40,289 bases of DNA from Sphingomonadaceae bacterium (GCA_050261575.1 JBLNDL010000060.1:1-40289); one strand, 5' to 3'; positions 28,344 to 36,848 are shown, counted from the stretch's first letter. Program-made: numbers and translations. The notes: generated by a model not told the origin, from the letters alone.

Positions 28344-28550
28344 ATGAGCGAAGAGAGCGCCGAACTGGTAACAATCGAGGAGCTGGAGCGCCGCCTTGGC
28401 GTCCCCCGGCAGATCATCTACCGCCGCATGGGGAAACACCCCAATGACGCGCTGCCATACGTCGATGTCACCAAGCCCTACCACAAGCGCAGGCAGTACC
28501 GCTTCAACGTGAAGGCAGTTGCCAAGTATCTGGGCATTGAGCCGCGCTAA
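28344..28550 (+). CDS. Small HTH DNA-binding protein (Xis/AlpA/MerR-like)
   Basis: LVTIEELERRLGVPRQIIYR...LPY...RQYRFNVKAVAKYL. Confidence 0.75.
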   Translation: MSEESAELVTIEELERRLGVPRQIIYRRMGKHPNDALPYVDVTKPYHKRRQYRFNVKAVAKYLGIEPR

Positions 28551-28729
28551 TCCCCTAAACCCACCTCTTCAGCCTCTCAGGGCCAGCACCAACGCTGGCG
28601 CACTATTCCGCTTGGTCTTTGGTCAAACGGGAAAAGCCTGTGCAGAGTCCCGGTTGCCCGGGCGACTGACGGAGCGTATTGGATTGGTGCAGGGAACTCA
28701 GAGGAGGAGCGGTAGGGAGGATCGGCCGC

Positions 28730-28774
28730 AAAGAGAAAGCGGCCTCCGCGCCCACGTGGATACGCGGAGGCCGC
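28730..28774 (-). terminator. Intrinsic terminator for leftward transcription
   Basis: 12-bp perfect stem GCGGCCTCCGCG / CGCGGAGGCCGC followed by TTTCTCTTT on the minus strand. Confidence 0.7.
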
Positions 28775-28849
28775 CTCTCCCCACGGGGGAGGCCATGAAA
28801 GGAACAGCGACGCAAAGATAGCAGGACGCTCTGCCGACAGTCAAGGTAT

Positions 28850-29576
28850 TGTACTGGTTCGCTACCTCCGTGACACATCCTCCTCTCTTGGGTGTTGCTG
28901 GTACCAGTTGTCAAGGAACTGCTTGGGGGTGAGGTAGCCGAGGGCCTGGTGGGGTCTGACGGTGTTGTAGACCTTCTGTCCTTCCAGTATCACCTGGAGC
29001 TTCTCTTTGCCCCAGCGGGGATACTCCTCTCGCACCTTCCTGACGGCTTCGACCTGTTCGGCTGACCAGGTCCGTACACGGCGCTTCTTAGGAATGCTTG
29101 GACGATCCTCCAAGGTAGACAGATCCCTCGGGTTGTATCGGCGCTTCCACCGATAGAAGGTCTGGCGGCTGATCCCGAAGTGGCGGCAGGTCAGGCTCAC
29201 GTTGTGATCGTGGCTCTCGTAGTAGGAGAACCACTTCAGACGGGCCTTGGCCTGCATCGAGGGGGATGGGATCGACTTCTTGGCTAGATGGATCATGGCA
29301 GGGGTAGTGTTGGTGACGACCTTCATCGCCCTCTCCCCTGTCCAAGGGAACTCTTCGGTGCTAGACTTACCCACGGAGAGCCTCCCCCTTCGGATAGTGG
29401 ATTGGAGTACCTCCATCCTAAGGGCTGGCTCTCCACTTGCGCTACTGCCCAAGTCCGCCAACAGCAACGCTCCCGCGCTCCGCTCCGCTTCGCTTGGGCC
29501 TTAACGACAAGACTCTCCTTGTCTCTTCTCCCTTCCACTACTCCCTATGTGTCACGAACCTTTCTGAACGTACACA
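28850..29576 (-). mobile_element. IS481-family element, internally deleted
   Basis: TGT...ACA ends, imperfect IRs TGTnnnnGTTC-N8/9-CGTGACACAT, 5-bp GGTAT duplication at 28845-28849 and 29577-29581. Confidence 0.8.
28862..29326 (-). pseudogene. IS481 transposase lacking the DDE core
   Basis: HTH (TCRHFGISRQTFYRWKRRY) and PRWGKEKL joined in frame to C-terminal YNTVRPHQALGYLTP. Confidence 0.8.
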
Positions 29577-29820
29577 GGTATTGATGGCAGAGAAGGAGAG
29601 AGGGCCGAGCTTGTGGGGCTCGACCCTCCCCAGAAACCGGGGATCCACTCGGGGTCCCCTGGACCCTCTCGACGAGAGGATCCCCGCCGCGTACCGGCTC
29701 CCGCAGGATCACCCGGCAGACCAACGCATCCACTCAAGAATAAGTTTCCGAGGGGAAAAACCGCCCCCCTCGGTTATCCCCCTCGGCGCCAGGAACAGGG
29801 TGTAGGAGGTGCAGGCAGTG

Positions 29821-29852
29821 AAGGCGCCTCCCTTATAGCAGAGAGGCGCCTT
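29821..29852. terminator. Hairpin downstream of the endolysin
   Basis: AAGGCGCCTC / GAGGCGCCTT 10-bp perfect stem. Confidence 0.45.
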
Positions 29853-29920
29853 GAAGAACAAGGATACTGTGTCAGATTCAGCCCCTCGACACTGAGCCTC
29901 AGATCAGCCCCGGGGATTTG

Positions 29921-30703
29921 TCAGGCTGCTTTGAGGCTGGACCTGATGCGGTCTCGCAGCTCATCCGTCCTGCGGTCCCCCCGTGGGTACACGTCCGTCT
30001 TCCCATCCCTGATCCCAGGGTCGATCTCGCTGTGGGCCAGCAGCTCCAGCGGCATGTCCGGGTAGGCCACCAGCAGCCGATGCTTGATCCACCAGACGGC
30101 CGCCCTCACCTGCTTCTCAGTCACCGTGTACTCGTCGGTGGGCTGTGCGAACTCGATCCCGATCCAGTGCTCGCTCCACCACTCTCGGGCGTGGTAGCCC
30201 CACCTGTCCAGGGGCAGGTGCTCGGAGATCTCATCCTCGCCGACCGTCAGGTGCCAGCCGAGGTACTGCCCGCCACAACCAGCCCTGGCGTACGCCCGCG
30301 TGCCGTGGAACTCCAGGAAGCGGCTCTGCCGCCGTCCGCTCCTGGTACCATGCAAGATGATGCCCCTGGGAGTTGCACTGATCCGGCCGGCGATGGCCGC
30401 AGCAGGCACCGGATCGGAGTAGACCGTGGGGCGGTAGCCGTCGAGCTCCCAGTCGAAGCGCTCGCTGTTCAGCCGCTCATACACCAGCCCGCCGGGTCCG
30501 CGTAGCCAGGTCCGATACCCGTCGGTGAAGGCGGTCCAGTTGTCGGCCTTGCGCCAGACGAACAGGCCCTTCGTGGTGCGTTGCTGGCCGTCACCGTTGG
30601 CCGCGTGATGCTCGTTCTCCAACGGGTACCCCACCAGGTCACGCCCTAAGGCGTTCGCCAGCTCCAGGAAGCCGAGCTGATAGCGGTATCGAAGGTCGAT
30701 CAT
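29921..30703 (-). CDS. Endolysin: N-terminal putative envelope-binding domain + Amidase_2
   Basis: IILHGT, WHLTV, GYHA, IGIEF, LAHSEI..KTD amidase motifs; N-terminal GYPLENE...QQRTTKGLFVWRKADNWTAFTDGYRTW. Confidence 0.82.
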   Translation of the reverse strand: MIDLRYRYQLGFLELANALGRDLVGYPLENEHHAANGDGQQRTTKGLFVWRKADNWTAFTDGYRTWLRGPGGLVYERLNSERFDWELDGYRPTVYSDPVPAAAIAGRISATPRGIILHGTRSGRRQSRFLEFHGTRAYARAGCGGQYLGWHLTVGEDEISEHLPLDRWGYHAREWWSEHWIGIEFAQPTDEYTVTEKQVRAAVWWIKHRLLVAYPDMPLELLAHSEIDPGIRDGKTDVYPRGDRRTDELRDRIRSSLKAA

Positions 30704-31314
30704 GCCTCGCTCCTTTCAGCATCCATGAGGGCTGAGTGCATCGTGATGGCGCCCCCCAAATTCGCAGGAACGAAGGGGTGCCCTAGGAACACCTCCCTGT
30801 ATGCCATCCACATCTGCCGCGCCGCTACGATCGGAGATAGTCTTCCGCACCCAGTGCCCAAGCCGGGGATCGCGACGCTCTCAATAGAAGGCAAGTCCTC
30901 GTGATCTCTCACCGCCGACAGGATCGCTTTCATCGCCAGGTAGGCGTTCACCGTGCCCCGAATGTCCATAGGTACTCGCATCGTGGGTGCGGAGATGAGC
31001 CAGGGCACCCTTCCGTCACCTGTGGGAATAATCAGGGCTTCACCCACTAACAGCTCACCCAAGGGCCTTGACTGGATTGCTTGCTTAAGCCTCGACTGTA
31101 CTCCCCAGCCAAACCGCATGGACAGCGCATAGTCCAGCCCCCCATCCATGAACCCGAACGAGTTCGCGGGGCTGACAACGGCATCGGCATCTACGTGGCA
31201 TATGTCGCCCGCGAGAACTTGAACATCAGGGCTCTCGTCGAACAGCCGATGCCACTCAGCGCCTAGCCTCTGGTCGCTTTCCAGATGGACGAGAAGTATC
31301 TTCAAGCGGCGCAT
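30700..31314 (-). CDS. Macrodomain protein (Appr-1''-p / ADP-ribose processing)
   Basis: GDI...DAVVSPANSFGFMDGGLD, APTMRVP, IPGLGTGCG; ATGA overlap with the endolysin. Confidence 0.92.
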   Translation of the reverse strand: MRRLKILLVHLESDQRLGAEWHRLFDESPDVQVLAGDICHVDADAVVSPANSFGFMDGGLDYALSMRFGWGVQSRLKQAIQSRPLGELLVGEALIIPTGDGRVPWLISAPTMRVPMDIRGTVNAYLAMKAILSAVRDHEDLPSIESVAIPGLGTGCGRLSPIVAARQMWMAYREVFLGHPFVPANLGGAITMHSALMDAERSEA

Positions 31315-31424
31315 GCTGTGGTTCCCCCGCAGGTCATGATCATGTTCTCTCCTTTTCTCCGCTTCCCAGGTTGTGGAAGCTGTGGTATAACGACGGCGCC
31401 ATTTCGTCATGTTAGGGGAAGAAC

Positions 31425-32912
31425 TTGCTTGCCCGTCTGATCGCCCTCGGTAGACACCACCTGTTCGGCATCTGCATCGTAACAGGCCTCGCAGCGGGAA
31501 CTTATCTCCCCTGGATCCACAACTACTTCGTAGGTGACTCGTGGTGGATGGTCGAAAGGATAGGTGAGCCTGGATGGAGCTTGCTGGACCTTCTGCCGTT
31601 CAGGCGGCTGCAACAGCCACTCAACTCCACCAACTACTACGCACCCGTCAATATCACAGTGCTATGGTTCGCGTTCAGACTGGGAGGGTTTGCCCCGGAG
31701 CGATATCACCTGTTGATGATCGCCTTCCATGTCGGGGCGTCTATCGCCCTCTACTCCACGACCTGCTCGCTCACCGGAAGCCGCCTCAAAGCCATCGCGG
31801 CGGGATCCATGTTCGCTGTTCACTTCGCACTTACCGAGGCAGTGGGCTGGTACGGAGCCATGACTCACCCCGCAGCGGGGTTCTTTGGTGCGGCATCGTT
31901 GGCTCTTTTCGCACGCTTCCCGGCGACTGGAGGAAGGCTCTGGTTCGCCCTCTCCCTCGCTAGTCTGTCGATGGCGTCGCTGACACAGGTGACTGGATTG
32001 TCGTGGTTCGGCATCCTGCTGCTCGCAGACCTAATGCTTGCTGGCAAGCACAGACGGGTTGAACGGGACGTGAAGCGAGCAGCCATCCTCGTCGCATTGG
32101 GCCTGGGGATCGTCGCCCTGCAGATCCCGACCGTTACCCTCGACGGTGTTGGCGGCTACCGCTATCAGTTGGGACCCTGGGTGCTCCACAACCTCTTCTA
32201 CTACCCGATCTCCACCTTCATGCCGAACCTGGAGTTGCCCGCCTACATGCTGGTGAATGATCTGCTCGTTGCAGCCACCAGAGAGGATGCAAGACTTCAA
32301 CTGCTGGGCATGACCACTGCCTTTAACATGCTGCTGGCCTCCGGCGTGGTAGTGGTGGCCGTCCTGCTGATGTGGGCCTCCGGAAAGTCTCTTCTTCGCT
32401 TCTGCCTGCTCGCCTTTGCTGCCGGAATGGCGCCCTTCGTCCTGATGAATGGCCAGGGCTACCGATACCTGTATGTCCCGCTCATGTTTTTCTCTCTCGC
32501 GGTCTCCGATATGATCGTCGACCACTACAACCGCTTGAGATATCAGTCAGGCATGGCGGCCATCGCGGTGCTTGCCATTCTCCCGCTCTTCGTGAGCCTG
32601 TCGTTTATGGAATCACAACGACAGATGTTCTGGTGGCGGGAGGCTGGATACGTCACGCACAAGACGCTGTCCCAGCTGCGCGAGTTGCAGCCCGAGGTCC
32701 CGAACGGGGCAATCCTCGCCTTCATTGGCTTGCCCGACACGCTGCCGAACAGCAACGTCCAGGTTTGGCGCAACGGGATCGAGAGTGCTGCCCGGATGCT
32801 CTATGAGAACCCGACCTTGAAGGTGGAGAGCCTCGCCCAGGACGACCAGCCCACTGACGGCAGAATCGTCTTCACGTGGCAAGACTGGCAGTTGCGCAAA
32901 CAGAGCCCCTAG
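31425..32912 (+). CDS. Polytopic membrane protein, GT-C glycosyltransferase-like (moron)
   Basis: GD after TM1, YYAPV, FAVH..LTEAVGW, RYLYVP, about 11 TM; opposite strand to phage genes; TGgTATAAC at 31383-31391. Confidence 0.65.
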   Translation: MLARLIALGRHHLFGICIVTGLAAGTYLPWIHNYFVGDSWWMVERIGEPGWSLLDLLPFRRLQQPLNSTNYYAPVNITVLWFAFRLGGFAPERYHLLMIAFHVGASIALYSTTCSLTGSRLKAIAAGSMFAVHFALTEAVGWYGAMTHPAAGFFGAASLALFARFPATGGRLWFALSLASLSMASLTQVTGLSWFGILLLADLMLAGKHRRVERDVKRAAILVALGLGIVALQIPTVTLDGVGGYRYQLGPWVLHNLFYYPISTFMPNLELPAYMLVNDLLVAATREDARLQLLGMTTAFNMLLASGVVVVAVLLMWASGKSLLRFCLLAFAAGMAPFVLMNGQGYRYLYVPLMFFSLAVSDMIVDHYNRLRYQSGMAAIAVLAILPLFVSLSFMESQRQMFWWREAGYVTHKTLSQLRELQPEVPNGAILAFIGLPDTLPNSNVQVWRNGIESAARMLYENPTLKVESLAQDDQPTDGRIVFTWQDWQLRKQSP

Positions 32913-32921
32913 GTGCGACGT

Positions 32922-33263
32922 CTAGGTGGTCGCAGGAGGCTTCTCCGGCCCCTCTGGAGCATCCTGCTCCAACTCCGCCCGCAAGCGGAGGAACTCATCC
33001 AGCCTCAGGTCATATTGCATCCGCTTGATCGCCATGCGCAACGCTCTCAGGACCTTCCGGCGATCGAGGGACGCCGTCCAGTCCACCCAGACGTTCGCCG
33101 GGGCCTCAGGCGTCCCGAGCAGGCAGTCCCAGACCTTGATCTGGACGCTCTGCTGCACGCAGAATTCGGGGTGACCAGCCACTTCGTGGTGAGCCACGAA
33201 GGTCTTCTCCAGACGGGCCAAGTCTCGTTGCAGGATCATCAGCCGCTTCTGCTTATCCATCAT
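32922..33263 (-). CDS. Phage hypothetical protein
   Basis: Follows 33265-33516 in the operon. Confidence 0.55.
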   Translation of the reverse strand: MMDKQKRLMILQRDLARLEKTFVAHHEVAGHPEFCVQQSVQIKVWDCLLGTPEAPANVWVDWTASLDRRKVLRALRMAIKRMQYDLRLDEFLRLRAELEQDAPEGPEKPPATT

Positions 33264-33264
33264 C

Positions 33265-33516
33265 CTACTCCGCCCTGGTAATGGTCTGGACGCAGCCACA
33301 CCTCCTGATGAGGTCCATGAGGATGTCTTTCTCCGGTATGTTCAGGGCAGTGACCTTGGCCGCTAGCTCTCGGAGCGATACGATGATGTTCTCGCGCCAC
33401 TGGACAAAGTCCCGATACGCGCGATCCTTGGCTTCCACCTCAGCCTGCAGTTGAAGGAAGAGAGCTCTATCCACAAGGATCTGCTCTGGCTGCGTTACTT
33501 GTGCCTCTTGGCTCAT
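33265..33516 (-). CDS. Phage coiled-coil hypothetical protein (possible fibre chaperone)
   Basis: GGAGG RBS, directly after the tail fibre gene. Confidence 0.6.
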   Translation of the reverse strand: MSQEAQVTQPEQILVDRALFLQLQAEVEAKDRAYRDFVQWRENIIVSLRELAAKVTALNIPEKDILMDLIRRCGCVQTITRAE

Positions 33517-33527
33517 GGCTCCCTCCG

Positions 33528-34829
33528 TTAATCTCTAACGAGGAATGCAACCTCGTGGTATGGCGGGTTGTTTGAGACGTTGCCGATGCTGGTGTAGCTC
33601 ACACTTGTTGTGGTGTGGGTGTGCCCTACTACAGCCGGGCCATAGCCGCAGTTGCCGCAATGGATCCACGTTGGGTTTCCTGAGTGGGTCAGGCTGTGTG
33701 TATGCCCGCTGGCCGAGTGAGTGTGAGTGTCCTGCCCAAACGGACCACCAGGTACCGTGACGGCGTCTGGGACTGCTCTCAGGAACTTCCTCCTTGTGTC
33801 CGGCTTGGAGGCCCCATACCCCGGTGGCGCTCCGTTGGCCCATGCCCCGCCATCGCAATGGCTCCAGCCGGTTGGCATCTCAGCGAGTGGATGTGCCCAA
33901 GCCCCTACAAGGCCCCTAGGCGCCTTCAGGTTGGCGGCGAGGTCATCCGCATCGACAATCCCTGAACTATAGGCTGCCTGGTTGATGCCGTGACCGACGA
34001 AGGTAATCCAATGAACGGTGATGTTGGGTGGTTGGTGATCCGTCCTCGACGAGTCGAAGGCCGAAGCGTTCAGGGTGTGCACATGCCCCGCCGCGGCTGG
34101 CCAGGTGCCACCGCAACCGGTATCCGGTCCCATCGGAGGTCCGTCCGTTCCGTGGGTATGGGCGCAGTTGTGGACGTGATCCACAGCCCCGCCAGTCGTC
34201 CCTGGCTCGGTCGCCGTATTGGGGATGCCACGAAGGTACTTGCCCAACAGGTTTGGGGTCGTGACCCCGTTGTAGGTACCCCCATCGCACTTGGCAAACC
34301 CTGATGGAATGCCATCTGGCGAATGGCCCCACATGAAGATCATCTTCCTCGGAAGAAAGCAACTCGCTGCCAGCTCTCGTAGCGTGAGCAGCCCGCGTGA
34401 CTGCCCCTTCAGGGTGTAGACGATCGGCTTGTAGGTGAGATGCACCGGCAGATGGCTTACCGTGCTCAACGTGTCGGTGTTGCTGCTTACGGGATGGACG
34501 TGATCGCACCGAGAGAACGTCGAATTGTAATCCGAGCACTGTTCCGCCTCATGGCATGATCCCTGGGTATGTGTATGATTGTGGCTCGGGACCGAATGGT
34601 TGTGCTGGGTTGCGCCACCCATGGCGCCGGGGTTGTCTCCCGTTGCCGCCACTCCCTTGGCGAAACGGTCGAGCCAACCAGGGCGGGTGTAGGCCGGATC
34701 GTTGACCGACGCTGTGCCGTTCGCGAGTTCCCATCCGTCCGGGATCTCGGTCCCAAACAGTATCGCCCCGATACCCTGGGGGATAGGCAACTCTCTCAAA
34801 TCCCTGTGTGTCAGTATCGCTCTCGCCAT
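33528..34829 (-). CDS. Tail fibre / receptor-binding protein with three collar+HxH modules
   Basis: Three repeats of IPxGW/F..C(D/N)G...F/YLRG...GG...HxH..HxH...HxH...PP. Confidence 0.72.
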   Translation of the reverse strand: MARAILTHRDLRELPIPQGIGAILFGTEIPDGWELANGTASVNDPAYTRPGWLDRFAKGVAATGDNPGAMGGATQHNHSVPSHNHTHTQGSCHEAEQCSDYNSTFSRCDHVHPVSSNTDTLSTVSHLPVHLTYKPIVYTLKGQSRGLLTLRELAASCFLPRKMIFMWGHSPDGIPSGFAKCDGGTYNGVTTPNLLGKYLRGIPNTATEPGTTGGAVDHVHNCAHTHGTDGPPMGPDTGCGGTWPAAAGHVHTLNASAFDSSRTDHQPPNITVHWITFVGHGINQAAYSSGIVDADDLAANLKAPRGLVGAWAHPLAEMPTGWSHCDGGAWANGAPPGYGASKPDTRRKFLRAVPDAVTVPGGPFGQDTHTHSASGHTHSLTHSGNPTWIHCGNCGYGPAVVGHTHTTTSVSYTSIGNVSNNPPYHEVAFLVRD

Positions 34830-34838
34830 CTCCCCCTC

Positions 34839-35705
34839 CTATGCCGGGACAAAAAAGACCCGAATCCGGTCCCCAGTCGCCGGGGTGAAGCCGGCGAAGC
34901 TAATAGTGGATTCCCCTGCGTTGTGGATGATCTCGGCCCCCGACCCCGTCGGCCCGACGTCGCGAATGAGTCCATTCAGGATCACGATGACCTTCTTGGC
35001 CGCCTTGGCCGGGTTGCCGATCGAGAAGGACGTCCTGGCCCCGTCCGGCGCCTCGGCAGGAACGACCGTCGGGTAGTCGACCGTGAGGGTCTCCCCCAGG
35101 GCCGAGACTGATCCGTCCGAGCCCTTGGAGTAGCCCTTGTGGTCTATCCCGAAGTAGACCCTCTGGCGACCAGCCCTCGGAGCTGCCGGCGCCGTGCCTT
35201 GCTCCTCGAAATCCAGGAAGTCGGTTCGGCCGCCCGCGACGGGCGATGCCCATTCCCGAAGGTCGCTGACCTTCTCGGGCACGATGGTGTTGACCGCGGC
35301 GTCGACGGCGACCTCGGCGAGAGCAATCTCCCAGATGTTGGCGTCCTGAGTGAGGCTCGGGGCGACCGGCTCGGCCGCCGGGGTTCCCGTCTTGACCGCC
35401 GTCGTGATCGTCTCTCCGACGTAGTCGAGCCGCAAGACGACTAGGTCGATCCGGTTGAGGGTGGCGTGAGCCGCGGAGATCAGGAGGGTCTCGACGGCGT
35501 CGCTCTTGTAGAAGCACCCACGAATGTATGCGACGCCGCTCTTGATCTTTATCTGCATTCCACTCGAGTCGCCGTACACCTCCAGGTTGTTGAGAGCCCC
35601 CTTCAGGACCCCGTCCCTCAGCCAGTTCTCGGCGAGTTCCGACCATTGGGCAGCGCTGACGACCCGTCCGGCTCCCGAGGCAAAGGGATAGTAGAATTCC
35701 GCCAT
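34839..35705 (-). CDS. Siphovirus minor tail / baseplate protein
   Basis: YPF...GV....LEV....GMQIKIKSG.AYIRG...NRIDLVVLRLD...WEIALAEV. Confidence 0.75.
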   Translation of the reverse strand: MAEFYYPFASGAGRVVSAAQWSELAENWLRDGVLKGALNNLEVYGDSSGMQIKIKSGVAYIRGCFYKSDAVETLLISAAHATLNRIDLVVLRLDYVGETITTAVKTGTPAAEPVAPSLTQDANIWEIALAEVAVDAAVNTIVPEKVSDLREWASPVAGGRTDFLDFEEQGTAPAAPRAGRQRVYFGIDHKGYSKGSDGSVSALGETLTVDYPTVVPAEAPDGARTSFSIGNPAKAAKKVIVILNGLIRDVGPTGSGAEIIHNAGESTISFAGFTPATGDRIRVFFVPA

Positions 35706-35711
35706 GAGGTA

Positions 35712-36848
35712 TTACCTCCTCTCTAGCTGACCGATCCGGGCCGACAGGCGCCGGACCTGGTCGAACAGGCCGGCGTAGAGGTCCCGGGACTCATTGTTGG
35801 GGGAGAGAACGGAGGGCGTGACGTTGACCCCCTCCTGGCCGTCCATCCGGAACCGGACCTCCCGGATCTTCTCCTCGATCACGCCCCCGTGGGTGACCAG
35901 GGTCACCAGGTCCCCAAGGTAGTAGTCGCTCCAGAAGGAGACGGCCTCGGTGTCCACCGGCTCGATCGAGAGTTCCCTCCGGGCGGCGTTTTCGGCGAGC
36001 TCCTCGCCGATGGTCTGGTCGAGCTCGGCGGCATCCGAGGTGTCGCGGCGGTCCCGGAACATCTCGATCCGCCGGCCGTATCGCGCAATCGCCGCGGCGT
36101 CCGATCCCTCCCGGATCACCCGGGCGGTTCCCTCGCCGCTTCCGCCGCAGTAGACGCAGTTGGCCTTGCTGGCCTCCTCCGTGTAGTCGTAGCTGGCCAG
36201 ATTGCCGAGCTCGGGGGAGAACTTCACCAGTGCGCGCTTGTCCATGGGTTGGTAGACCTGAAACTCCAGGTTCGCCCCGCTCTGGACAACCCTCCAGCCG
36301 AGGTCGCCGCCGCCGATCGCCAGGCCGCGAAGGAGATCCCCCAAGGGGGAGAATCGAGCTCGGCCCGTGACGTTGGATCCCCTGGCCTGGTCGGGGGCCA
36401 GGGTCAACCCGGCAACCTGCCGGGCGGCAGTCGCCCCAGGGCCGGCATTGACGTTGACGTAGGCCCTCATGACGGTCTCCGCCGGCCCGGTCCGGACGTC
36501 ATAGGCGGCCGCGTCGTAGGGCGGGCCCGAGGGGACCGGCAAGGCGAGCCGATCCTCGATCCATACTTGGTCGTCGGCGCCGGCGACGATCAGGACGAAT
36601 TCGTCCTTGTTCCAGATGTAGCGCCGGAGGAGGATCTCCCCGCTCATGACGACCTCGGTTCCACGCAGGAGGATGATCCCGGACGTCCAGGTGAGGAGGT
36701 CCGCGGCATCGGAGTCGGCCGGGACCTCGAGCAGCCAATGGCCCATCTTGCAGAACCGAACGAGTGCCTCGAACCTCCGGAAGTCGTCGATCTCCCCTAC
36801 CCTCACCCTGTTGGCGTTCCGGACCGTCAGAACATAGTCGCTGCTCAT
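35712..36848 (-). CDS. Siphovirus ReqiPepy6 Gp37-like tail protein
   Basis: Position after Dit; GGSGEGTARVI, RIEMFRDRRD, DYYLGDLVT. Confidence 0.8.
   Translation of the reverse strand: MSSDYVLTVRNANRVRVGEIDDFRRFEALVRFCKMGHWLLEVPADSDAADLLTWTSGIILLRGTEVVMSGEILLRRYIWNKDEFVLIVAGADDQVWIEDRLALPVPSGPPYDAAAYDVRTGPAETVMRAYVNVNAGPGATAARQVAGLTLAPDQARGSNVTGRARFSPLGDLLRGLAIGGGDLGWRVVQSGANLEFQVYQPMDKRALVKFSPELGNLASYDYTEEASKANCVYCGGSGEGTARVIREGSDAAAIARYGRRIEMFRDRRDTSDAAELDQTIGEELAENAARRELSIEPVDTEAVSFWSDYYLGDLVTLVTHGGVIEEKIREVRFRMDGQEGVNVTPSVLSPNNESRDLYAGLFDQVRRLSARIGQLERR

Noticed and set aside
28795..28821. 8-codon ORF MKGTATQR with a GGAGG RBS (and a 6-codon ORF at 29818)
   Set aside because: Too short to support without conservation or ribosome profiling; the RBS-like words are parts of hairpins
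28790..28830. GACGCAAAG word resembling a c-di-GMP-I riboswitch
   Set aside because: The GGCAAAC..GAAA first stem and the second stem are missing
33528..34829. Diversity-generating retroelement target or invertible fibre cassette
   Set aside because: No reverse transcriptase, invertase or near-identical nucleotide repeat seen in the window; repeats are old and protein-level only
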